From: Sumerlaeia bacterium
GTDB taxonomy: Bacteria > Sumerlaeota > Sumerlaeia > SLMS01 > JAHLLQ01
NCBI GenBank assembly: GCA_040219255.1
Contig: JAVJSW010000079.1
Span: 1-17,105 of the forward strand
Length of the DNA: 17,105 bases
Direction of reading: 5' to 3'
Shown here one piece after another: positions 6,686 to 15,300 of this stretch; position 1 is the stretch's first letter, and every line of letters begins with the position of its first letter. The position numbers and the translations under genes are program-made. The notes under the pieces were generated by a model. It was given only the letters and a program-made list of their open reading frames with translations. It did not search any database and was not told the origin of the DNA.

Positions 6686-7675
6686 ATGTCGATCCTCGAC
6701 CCGGACAAGGAGCCCGCCGCGGCCGGTCCATCCAACCCGATTCCGCCCGATCCCGGGCCCTCGCGCCGCGAGGGCGCCCGCCGCACGACGCCCAAGCCGC
6801 GCCGGGGCGAGAAAGTGATCGAGTGGTGGATGTTCTTCTGCGCCGCCATCTCGGTCCTCACCACGGTGGGCATCGTCACGGTTCTGTTGGGCAATTCGCT
6901 CCGCTTTTTCGATGAGGTCAGCGTGTTCGAGTTCCTGACGGGGACGCGCTGGGCGCCGCTGTTCGAACCGCGCGGTTTCGGGGTGCTGCCGTTGATCGCG
7001 GGCACGGCCATGATCGTGGTGATTTCCGGCGTCATCGCCTTGCCGATGGGCCTGGCTATCGGACTCTACCTGTCGGAGTACGCTTCGCCGCTGCAGCGCA
7101 AGATCATCAAGCCGTTCATGGAAATCCTGGCCGGCATTCCCACCATCGTTTATGGCTATTTCGCCCTGACATTCATCACGCCGCTCCTACAGAAGATCTA
7201 TGCGCCCACGGAGATCTTCAACGGCCTGAGCGGCGGCATCGTTGTCGGGATCATGATTCTGCCGATGGTGGCCTCGCTCTCCGAGGACGCGCTGCGGGCC
7301 GTGCCCGACACCCTGCGCCAGGGCGGCTACGCTCTCGGCGCGTCGTCCTTCCATGTGTCCTTGACCATCGTGACGCCGGCGGCCCTTTCGGGTATTTCGT
7401 CGGCCTTCATCCTGGCGCTGTCGCGGGCCATCGGTGAAACCATGGCGGTGACGATCGCCGCGGGCGCGACGCCGAACCTGACGGCGAACCCCTTCGAAGG
7501 CATCCAGACCATGACCGCCTTCATCGTGCAGATCAGCAAGGGCGACACGCCGGCGGGAACGGTGGAGTATTACACGCTGTTCGCCGTGGCGCTGCTGCTG
7601 TTCCTGATCACGTTCGCGATGAACGTGGTGGCCAACCGGATTCAACGCCGCTATCGCGAGGTCTACGACTCCTAA
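6686..7675 (+). CDS. pstC: Phosphate ABC transporter permease PstC
   Basis: [31 protein letters not shown] and [10 protein letters not shown]. Start is ATG 6686 or GTG 6680. Confidence 0.95.
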   Translation: MSILDPDKEPAAAGPSNPIPPDPGPSRREGARRTTPKPRRGEKVIEWWMFFCAAISVLTTVGIVTVLLGNSLRFFDEVSVFEFLTGTRWAPLFEPRGFGVLPLIAGTAMIVVISGVIALPMGLAIGLYLSEYASPLQRKIIKPFMEILAGIPTIVYGYFALTFITPLLQKIYAPTEIFNGLSGGIVVGIMILPMVASLSEDALRAVPDTLRQGGYALGASSFHVSLTIVTPAALSGISSAFILALSRAIGETMAVTIAAGATPNLTANPFEGIQTMTAFIVQISKGDTPAGTVEYYTLFAVALLLFLITFAMNVVANRIQRRYREVYDS

Positions 7676-7676
7676 G

Positions 7677-8573
7677 ATGATGTCTTTGTCTCCCGCTGGC
7701 GATGCCGCGCGCAACAAGCTGCGCAAGCGTCAGGCCCTTCTCGACCGCTCCTTTCGGACCGTGTGCGCGATCTGCACCTGGGCCGGCATTCTCATTCTGT
7801 TCGTGCTGATCGGCAAGATTCTTTACGAGGGGCTGCCGAACCTGTCGTGGGATTTCCTGTCCAATTTCCCCTCGCGCAAAGCCGAGAAGGCCGGCCTCAA
7901 GGCCGCTATCGCCGGAACCGCATGGGTCATCTCACTTACCGCGCTGGTCTCCATCCCCGTCGGAATCAGCGCCGCCATCTACCTGGAAGAGTACGGCACG
8001 AAGAACAAACTGAGCACCTTTCTCGAGACGAACATCTCGAACCTGGCGGGCGTGCCTTCGATCGTGTACGGCATCCTCGGCCTGGCGATTTTGGTGCGTA
8101 TGTTCCAGTTAGGGGTCAGTGTGTTGGCCGGCGCCTTGACGCTGTCACTGCTGATCTTGCCGATCATTATCGTCTCCTCGCGCGAGGCGTTGCGGGCCGT
8201 GCCTCCGGGACTGCGCCAGGCCTCCTACGCGCTGGGCGCTTCAAAGTGGTACACGGTCTCGCGCATCGTGCTGCCGTCGGCGCTGCCGGGCATCCTGACA
8301 GGGGTGATTCTGTCGCTGTCGCGCGCTATCGGAGAGACCGCCCCGCTGATCATCGTGGGCGCCGCCAGCTACATCGCCTACACCCCCACGGGCCCGATGG
8401 ATCAGTACACCGTTCTGCCGATGCAGATTTTCGAATGGGCCGGCCGTCCCCAGGACGACTTCCGCGATCTGGCCGCCTCGGGTATCATCGTCTTGCTGGT
8501 GGCGCTCTTCACCATGAACGCGCTGGCGATCTGGTTGCGCCAGCACTACAGCACGCGCCTGCGCGGAAAATAA
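7677..8573 (+). CDS. pstA: Phosphate ABC transporter permease PstA
   Basis: AAIYLEEY, NLAGVPSIVYG, SRAIGETAPL. Starts 1 nt after the pstC stop. Confidence 0.95.
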   Translation: MMSLSPAGDAARNKLRKRQALLDRSFRTVCAICTWAGILILFVLIGKILYEGLPNLSWDFLSNFPSRKAEKAGLKAAIAGTAWVISLTALVSIPVGISAAIYLEEYGTKNKLSTFLETNISNLAGVPSIVYGILGLAILVRMFQLGVSVLAGALTLSLLILPIIIVSSREALRAVPPGLRQASYALGASKWYTVSRIVLPSALPGILTGVILSLSRAIGETAPLIIVGAASYIAYTPTGPMDQYTVLPMQIFEWAGRPQDDFRDLAASGIIVLLVALFTMNALAIWLRQHYSTRLRGK

Positions 8574-8707
8574 CCGATTCCTGACCACCCTCTCAAGCCG
8601 CTCCGGCAAGTTTTCCCTTCCGTACCGAGGCCCCACCTGCCATGAACATGACCCCAACCGCCCGGACGATCGACGTTCCAAAAAGCAATCCGCGAGGACA
8701 CGCCAAA

Positions 8708-9478
8708 ATGGCCGCCGCCCCATCGAAAACGAAAATCGCCGCCCGGAGCGTGAACTTCTTCTACGGCGAGAAGCAGGCCATCCACGACGTGACGCTCGAC
8801 ATGCCGGCCAACGAAGTGACCGCTTTCATCGGGCCCTCGGGCTGCGGCAAGTCCACCTTCCTGCGCCTCATCAACCGCATGAACGACCTGATCGAAGGCA
8901 CCCGCCTGGACGGCACGATCCTGGTCGAGGACCACGACATCTACGAACCCCACACCGACGTGGTGGAACTCCGCAAGCGGGTCGGCATGGTCTTCCAGAA
9001 ATCCAACCCCTTCCCCAAATCCATCTTCGACAACGTGGCCTATGGGCCGCGGCTTCATGGCGTGAAGGACAAGGGCAAGCTGGCGGAAATCGTGGAGTCG
9101 AGCCTCGAGCGGGCCGCGCTCTGGGACGAAGTGAAGGACCGGCTGAGCGACAGCGCCCTGGGCCTCTCCGGTGGTCAGCAGCAGCGCCTGTGCATCGCGC
9201 GCGCCCTGGCGGTGGACCCCGACATTCTCCTCATGGACGAACCGGCCTCGGCCCTCGATCCCCGGTCCACCGCGAAAATCGAAGACCTGATCGGTCAACT
9301 GCGCGGCAGCTACACCATCATCATCGTGACCCACAACATGCAGCAGGCCGCCCGCGTCAGCGACCGCACCGCTTTCTTCTACGAGGGGCGGCTGATCGAG
9401 TTCGGCGCCACCGAGCAGATTTTCACGAAACCCGCCGAAAAGCAGACGGAAGATTACATCACCGGCCGTTTCGGCTGA
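8708..9478 (+). CDS. pstB: Phosphate ABC transporter ATP-binding protein
   Basis: Walker [42 protein letters not shown], Walker B LLMDEP, C-terminal [13 protein letters not shown] 8708 has GAGGA upstream; ATG 8642 is the alternative start. Confidence 0.96.
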   Translation: MAAAPSKTKIAARSVNFFYGEKQAIHDVTLDMPANEVTAFIGPSGCGKSTFLRLINRMNDLIEGTRLDGTILVEDHDIYEPHTDVVELRKRVGMVFQKSNPFPKSIFDNVAYGPRLHGVKDKGKLAEIVESSLERAALWDEVKDRLSDSALGLSGGQQQRLCIARALAVDPDILLMDEPASALDPRSTAKIEDLIGQLRGSYTIIIVTHNMQQAARVSDRTAFFYEGRLIEFGATEQIFTKPAEKQTEDYITGRFG

Positions 9479-9678
9479 GTTCTGTCCCGAAAATTGCGTC
9501 TGATTAAAAAGCCGCGCTCGATTCGCGGCCTCGGCTTGACGACCGCCGGGGACCAGCGTCCGATGGCGCACTCTTGCTCACTTAATCCAGATTGTTTGAT
9601 TTTCGCTTATCTCTAAGAAAATCCCCGCGAGATAAAGATTGACGGAAAACGGTCCAGTACCGAACCATGGAGAGTTAG

Positions 9679-10407
9679 ATGAGTTTCCCCAATCTGAACG
9701 AGTTACCCATGTCCACCCACCTCTTTCGAGAAATGCAGTACCTGCGTAAGCAAATCCTCTCCCAGGGAACCCTGGTTGAGGAAGCGATCCGCAAGTCCAT
9801 CCGGTCGTTCCACGACACGAACGCCGAGCTGGGCCGCGAGGTGATCGAAGGCGATAACGACATCGACCGCGCGGAAATCGAAATCGAGGAAGAGTGCCTG
9901 AAAATCCTCGCTCTCCATCAGCCTGTTGCGAGCGATCTGCGCTTCATCGTCTGCTGCCTGAAGATGAACAACGACATGGAGCGCATGGGCGACCTCGCCG
10001 TCAGCATCGCCCGCCGCGCCGTCTATCTCAGCAAGCGCCCCCCCGTCGCCCGCCCCGAAGAGTTCCACGCCATGGGCGAAGCCGTCATGAACATGGTGAA
10101 ACACAGCATGGACGCCCTCATCAACGCCGACGATCACCTGGCCGAGGAGATCTGCCGCGCCGACGACGAAGTGGACGCCATGAAGCGCCGCATCCAAAAC
10201 GAGGTGCGCGCCACCATCGAACTCGATCCCGTGCAAACACGCGTTTATCTCAAGATCCTCAGCGTCCCCCGCCACCTCGAGCGCATCGCCGATCTGGCCA
10301 CCAACATCGCCGAAGACGTCATTTACCTGACCCGAGGCGACATCGCCCGCCACCGCAATCTGGTGGAGGCGGCGATCACCGACGCCACGGAAGAATCCCA
10401 CCACTAG
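9679..10407 (+). CDS. phoU: Phosphate signalling complex protein PhoU
   Basis: LALHQPVASDLR, DMERMGDLA, DDEVD and LERIADLATNIAE. GGAG upstream of ATG 9679; ATG 9709 is the alternative start. Confidence 0.95.
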   Translation: MSFPNLNELPMSTHLFREMQYLRKQILSQGTLVEEAIRKSIRSFHDTNAELGREVIEGDNDIDRAEIEIEEECLKILALHQPVASDLRFIVCCLKMNNDMERMGDLAVSIARRAVYLSKRPPVARPEEFHAMGEAVMNMVKHSMDALINADDHLAEEICRADDEVDAMKRRIQNEVRATIELDPVQTRVYLKILSVPRHLERIADLATNIAEDVIYLTRGDIARHRNLVEAAITDATEESHH

Positions 10408-10444
10408 GCCCTGGGGCGGCACGCGCCCATCCTCCTTCGAATCA

Positions 10445-10486
10445 GAACGGCCGGTTTCCTTTTGCGAGGCCGGCCGTTCGCGTTTT
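10445..10486 (+). terminator. Intrinsic terminator between phoU and the convergent gene
   Basis: GAACGGCCGGTTTC/GAGGCCGGCCGTTC 14-bp stem (2 G-U pairs) followed by GCGTTTT. Confidence 0.7.
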
Positions 10487-10497
10487 CACCCGTGGTC

Positions 10498-11736
10498 TCA
10501 AGTCACCGGAGGCGGCGGCGGAGGTGGCGTTTTCCACGGTTCACCGTCCCCCTCCTCGACGTCGTTCCGGTTTTCGGGCGGACTTCCGCCTGGAGCGGGA
10601 AGCCGATTCTCGTAGGGCAGCGGCTCAGGCGGAGCCGGCGGCGGGGGCGGCCCATAGGGCGCGGCGAAACCGCCTTCGGGAGGGGCCGGCGGCGCTTGTG
10701 ACGGAGTCTGCGGGGGCTGGCTCAGCGGATCGAGATAATCCCATCGCGATTCGCGATAGGGCGCCGGCGTCGGCGGAGCCTGGCCATAGGGCGCCGCGTC
10801 GTAGCCGCTCTCGCCCGGCTGCGGATAGATGTAGGTCCCGGGGCCCCAGACCGGCGCCGCCACCGCCACCGACCGCGCGTACGCCTCGGCCTCCTGCGGG
10901 GCCATGCCGCCGAACTCCTGGGCGAACCGGGCCAGATGATAGCCCTCCGCCTCGGCCCGCAGGGACAGGTAGAAAACCACCCCCATGCAAAGCCCGAAGG
11001 CCTGAGCGACCAGGGCCAGAAGGCTCTGCACCACCTGATTCAAGATCGGCAGCGGACAGAAACACGACACGATACCGGTGGCGAAGCCGACGGCGATGCT
11101 GATCAGGAACAGGAGGAACGCATTGACGGTTTGATTGGGCATGCCGGTCAGTTCCCAACTCTCCGACATCGCATCGACCGGTTCGCGGTTGTTGAGCACG
11201 AGCGCCGGGCTCGCCACGAACCAGCGAAGCATCAGATAAATCCCCGGAATCAGGCACGCCAAAGCCCCGAAAAACAGCGCCAATCCCATCACCAGGCTCA
11301 GGATGAAAAAGGGAAAGAGCAGGCGGAAGCCCACGCCAAGCAGTTCGCCCATGGGTACTTTGCGCTGTAAGTAACAACACCCGACGGTATGCGTGGCACC
11401 CAACGTCGCCACCATACTGAGCAGTGTGAACACGATCAGGTAAACGATCAGGGCCCCCACCGCCAACCATGCCCACGGGTTCTGGATCAGGGCGAAGAAC
11501 CAGCGCTCCGCCTCCTCCGGCGGCATGCGGTTCAGGTCCTGTATCCACTGCTGGGCTTGCGGGCTGATCTGGAACCACAGGCTGAGACCGCCCCAAAGCA
11601 CCGCGTTGAAGACGTGCAGCGGGACGACGGCGATCAGATAGGGCTTCATGATCGCCAGGAAATTGCCCCGGAAAATCTCGAAGGCGTTCTCCATAATCTC
11701 GCCGACCGTCATGGGGCGGATTTCGTAAGTCATCAT
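10498..11736 (-). CDS. Multi-pass membrane protein of unknown function with Pro/Tyr-rich C-terminal tail
   Basis: N-terminal RPMTVGEIMENAFEIFRGNF motif, about 6 hydrophobic segments, and CLIPGIYL..RW and AMSESWELT motifs. These resemble families often labelled 'glycerophosphoryl diester phosphodiesterase membrane domain'. Start chosen at ATG 11736/11733. Confidence 0.75.
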   Translation of the reverse strand: MMTYEIRPMTVGEIMENAFEIFRGNFLAIMKPYLIAVVPLHVFNAVLWGGLSLWFQISPQAQQWIQDLNRMPPEEAERWFFALIQNPWAWLAVGALIVYLIVFTLLSMVATLGATHTVGCCYLQRKVPMGELLGVGFRLLFPFFILSLVMGLALFFGALACLIPGIYLMLRWFVASPALVLNNREPVDAMSESWELTGMPNQTVNAFLLFLISIAVGFATGIVSCFCPLPILNQVVQSLLALVAQAFGLCMGVVFYLSLRAEAEGYHLARFAQEFGGMAPQEAEAYARSVAVAAPVWGPGTYIYPQPGESGYDAAPYGQAPPTPAPYRESRWDYLDPLSQPPQTPSQAPPAPPEGGFAAPYGPPPPPAPPEPLPYENRLPAPGGSPPENRNDVEEGDGEPWKTPPPPPPPVT

Positions 11737-12033
11737 CGGCGGCAACTTCCAGGACATGCGAGAGATGAGCGAAACTCTCTGGCGGATCGGCTGAGGGTCA
11801 AGGCTGTCTCTTTGAGCCAACAGCCCGGATCAGCCGCCGCGGCTGATGTTCGGCTCTCCCCCTACGCCTTCGCGCGGGGTTTTGTTCAACGCGTTTTGAA
11901 AGGAAATCCGATGGGGACTGCTGATTTTTTTTTCAACACCAAGGGGACGCGGTTGCGACAGGAGGCATTGGGAGCTTGCGAATGGAGACGTAAACCAAAC
12001 ATTGAGAATGTGAGATGCGGAGAATACTGGAGA

Positions 12034-12047
12034 TGTAAGCGTTTTCG
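12034..12047. promoter_or_regulatory. LacI-family/cre-like operator candidate TGTAAGCGTTTTCG
   Basis: Matches the cre consensus TGWAANCGNTNWCA at all but the last base. Lies in the divergent intergenic region upstream of the protease. Confidence 0.25.
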
Positions 12048-12363
12048 CCGAGCCAACGACCGACTCGAACGGGCAAAATTTTGCACAGTCGTTCGCATCA
12101 AAAATGAGAGCGTCACGGTCTAAGTTGTGCGACTTCAATGACAAGGATTCGAAGCGGTTTCGGTTGACGGGGGAAGACGGGACGGGGAGTGCTAGTGGTG
12201 TGTCAAATAAGGGCGGTGGGCTCGGCAGGGCAGAAACGAGAACACTCTCTCATCTTCTTTCCTGTGCGGGAGAGGTTGACGAATCGAACCGCCGCACAAG
12301 ACATTGTGTGGGCTTTGGAGTGATCGCCCCGAGACGATTTTTTGCGTGAGGAGTTACGCAGTC

Positions 12364-15300
12364 ATGGTTACGCGAGACGTGCCCGAGGAGGGTTCGACCT
12401 CTTCTTCATTTTGGCGGCGGAGTGGTGCGGCGGTTTTGCCCGCGGTGCTGCTGGCCGTAACGACATCAGGGGCCGTGTGGGCCCAGAACGCGCCGCAGGC
12501 TTTCCCCGCGGCGCGGGGGCCGGTGCCGCTGGCGCTGGCGAAGCCGGAGGCTCAGCATCAGGTGATCGCGGCGCGGATGGCGTCGGCGGCGGCGATGCTG
12601 GAGAGCAGCCGCCCCGAGGCGATTTTCGCCGAGGGCGTCAGCGCGGTTCTGCCGCCGGAGGAAGTGGCCGCCATCTATAACCAGGAAGAGTGCGCGACGT
12701 GCCAGAGCGCGGGCGGCTCGAGCGGAACCAAGGCGCTGAAGGTCGGCGGCTCGGTCGAAACGAACCTGACGGTCGATTTCTCCCTCTTGCCGGGCGATCT
12801 TTCAAGCCCGGTTCCGTTCGCTTCCGGCGTGGCGCAGACCATGACCGATGGGTCCTTTGCGTGGACGCTGCCGGTGGTGAGCGAGGGCGTCGAGGCGGTT
12901 CGCCTCCACCTGACCGGTGTGGCGCTGCCCGGCGGTGTGGAACTCTACATCGCCTCGGATTTCGGCGAGGTTCATGGTCCCTACACCGGCAAAGGTCCGG
13001 TTGGAACGGGAGAGATCTGGACCAATTCGGTCATGGGTTCGGAGGGCTATCTGGAGCTGCGCGCCGATGCGGGCGCCTACGAGAACCTGCTTCAGGACGT
13101 TTCCTTTACCATCGAAAGCGTCGGCCTCGTTGTGGATTTCACGCCACTTGACGGCGTGACGTCGCAGCCCACCGGTGTGCCGCCGACGACCGCCTGCGGG
13201 CTCGAGAGCTGCTTCCGCGATGCAAACTGCTACTCGACGGCCGATTGGGCCGAGATCGACGACGCGAAGCTGGGCATGGCGCACATGCTGTTCTCCGTCG
13301 ATGGCGGCTTCTTCGTCTGCTCCGGCGGTTTGTTGACAACGACTAACGGTCCAACGAGCGATTATTTTCTGACGGCCAATCACTGCCTCAGCACGCAGGC
13401 CAGCGCGACGTCGCTGGAGTGCTATTTCCAATACTACACGAGCGCCTGCGGCGGTACCTGTCCCAACCGGTCGACGGCGCCCCGGACGATCGGTTCGACC
13501 CTGCTGGCGACGAACGCCAGCTCGGACTTCACGTTCGTGGAGCTTTCCCAGGCTCCGCCGGTCAACGCGGTTTTCCTGGGCTGGAACTCGAACAATATCA
13601 CCAACACCAACGGCATCGATCTGTACCGCCTGAGCCATCCGTCGGGCAATCCGATGTTCTACTCGACGTCGACGACGTCGGGCAGTTTCGTGTGCGGCGG
13701 GCTGCCGCGCGCCGACTTCCTGTACAGCACAGCCACCGAGGGTGCGATCCGCGGCGGCTCGAGCGGCTCGCCGGTGCTGAACGTGGCGGGTCAGGTCGTC
13801 GGTCAGCTCTTTGGCGTTTGTGGAACCGACATCAGCGACTTCTGCAACAGCAGCACGCAAGAGCAGGTGGACGGGGCGTTTTCGACCACGTTCGCGAGCA
13901 TCGGCGTTTACGTCAACCCGACCGGTCCGGTGCTGACCTTGAGCACGAGCGAGATCGAGCTGAACACGACCACCTGTGGCGGCTCGGCGCCCGCCTCGAC
14001 CTTCTCGGTTGAGAACTCCGGCGCGGGGACGCTGAACTATACGATTAGCGATAACGCCGCGTGGCTGACGACGAACCCGTCCTCGGGGTCTTTGGCCTCG
14101 GCGGCGTCCGACCTGATCGACGTGACGACGGATCTGACCGGTCTGGCGCCGGGTCTGCACACGGCGACGATCACGGTCACCGATCCGGCGGCCGCCAATT
14201 CGCCGGCGAATATCACGGTGAACCTGTTGATCATTGCGCCCGCGAGCCTGCCCTTCTCGGACGGCTTCGAGTCCGGCAGCTTCGGAACGATGTGGTCCGC
14301 CACCGGCACGAACACGCACTTCACGGAGGTTGTGAACAATACCCTCGGGACGCCGAACTCCGGCTCCTTCCATGTGTTGATGGACAGCGACGAGAGCGGT
14401 GTGTTCGCGCGCAACGAACTGACGCTGCACATCGATGCGGCGGGCTACACGAACCTTAGCCTCTCCTTCCACATGGCCGAGTCCAACGACGAAGATCACC
14501 CGCTGGCGGCGAACCCGTTCGTGAACGGCGCGGACTTCGACGGCGTGGCCATCAGCACGGACGGTGTAAACTGGCACCTGATCCAAAGCCTGCTGAGCGG
14601 CAATGGCATTTCAAACACCTATCAGCAATTCATCGTCGACCTGGATCAGGCGCTGGCCAACGCTGGCCTGTCCGCTACCGATTGCCTGCGGATCCGGTTC
14701 AACCACTACGATAACTTCCCGTACAACTCGGACGGGTTCTTCTTCGACGACATCAACGTGACAGGCACGGCGGTGACGCCGACGCCTTCGCCCACTCCGA
14801 CAGATACCCCGACCCCGACCCCCACGCCCACCGCAACTCCGACGCCGACGCCGACCCCGACGCCGACGCCTGGACCCACGGTCTGCGAGCCGGTGGCGGG
14901 CGCGACGAAGACCAACGATGTGAACCTGTCGCGCGGCGGCATTTTCACAGTCAGCAGCGCAACCACCCTGGCGAACTTCTCCATGGACCTGGTGCCGCTC
15001 TTTGGCGACCTGTCTGCCAACGTCGAGTTCTTCGTGCTCAGCGGTCCGTCCACGAGCGGCCCCTGGACGCAGGTCTTCTCGGCCCCGGTGACCATCAACT
15101 CTGGCCGCCAGTTCTACAACTCGGGCGCCGCCAATGTGGCGGTGAACCCGGGAACGTTCTACGCGGCGGGTGTCTCCTGGCCGGGTACGGAAAACGTGCG
15201 TTACTTCTTCACCAGCGGCAACGCGCCCTTCGCCTTTGGCACGGTTGCGGGTACGCTCCAGGGTGGCTTCCAGTCGGCCAGCAGCAATCCGCTGCTGGGT

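Noticed and set aside
12055-12130. c-di-GMP-I riboswitch (GGGCAAA...)
   Set aside because: No GNRA-capped stem or GACGCAAAG-type element follows.
12409-12430. Twin-arginine (Tat) signal in the protease (FWRRSG)
   Set aside because: Does not fit S/T-R-R-x-F-L-K; an ordinary Sec signal is the simpler reading.
1905-14586. Long antisense or alternative-frame ORFs (e.g. 1905-3620, 5649-6731, 8546-9571, 9894-11102, 12802-14586)
   Set aside because: Shadow ORFs of well-supported genes in high-GC DNA, with no recognisable motifs.
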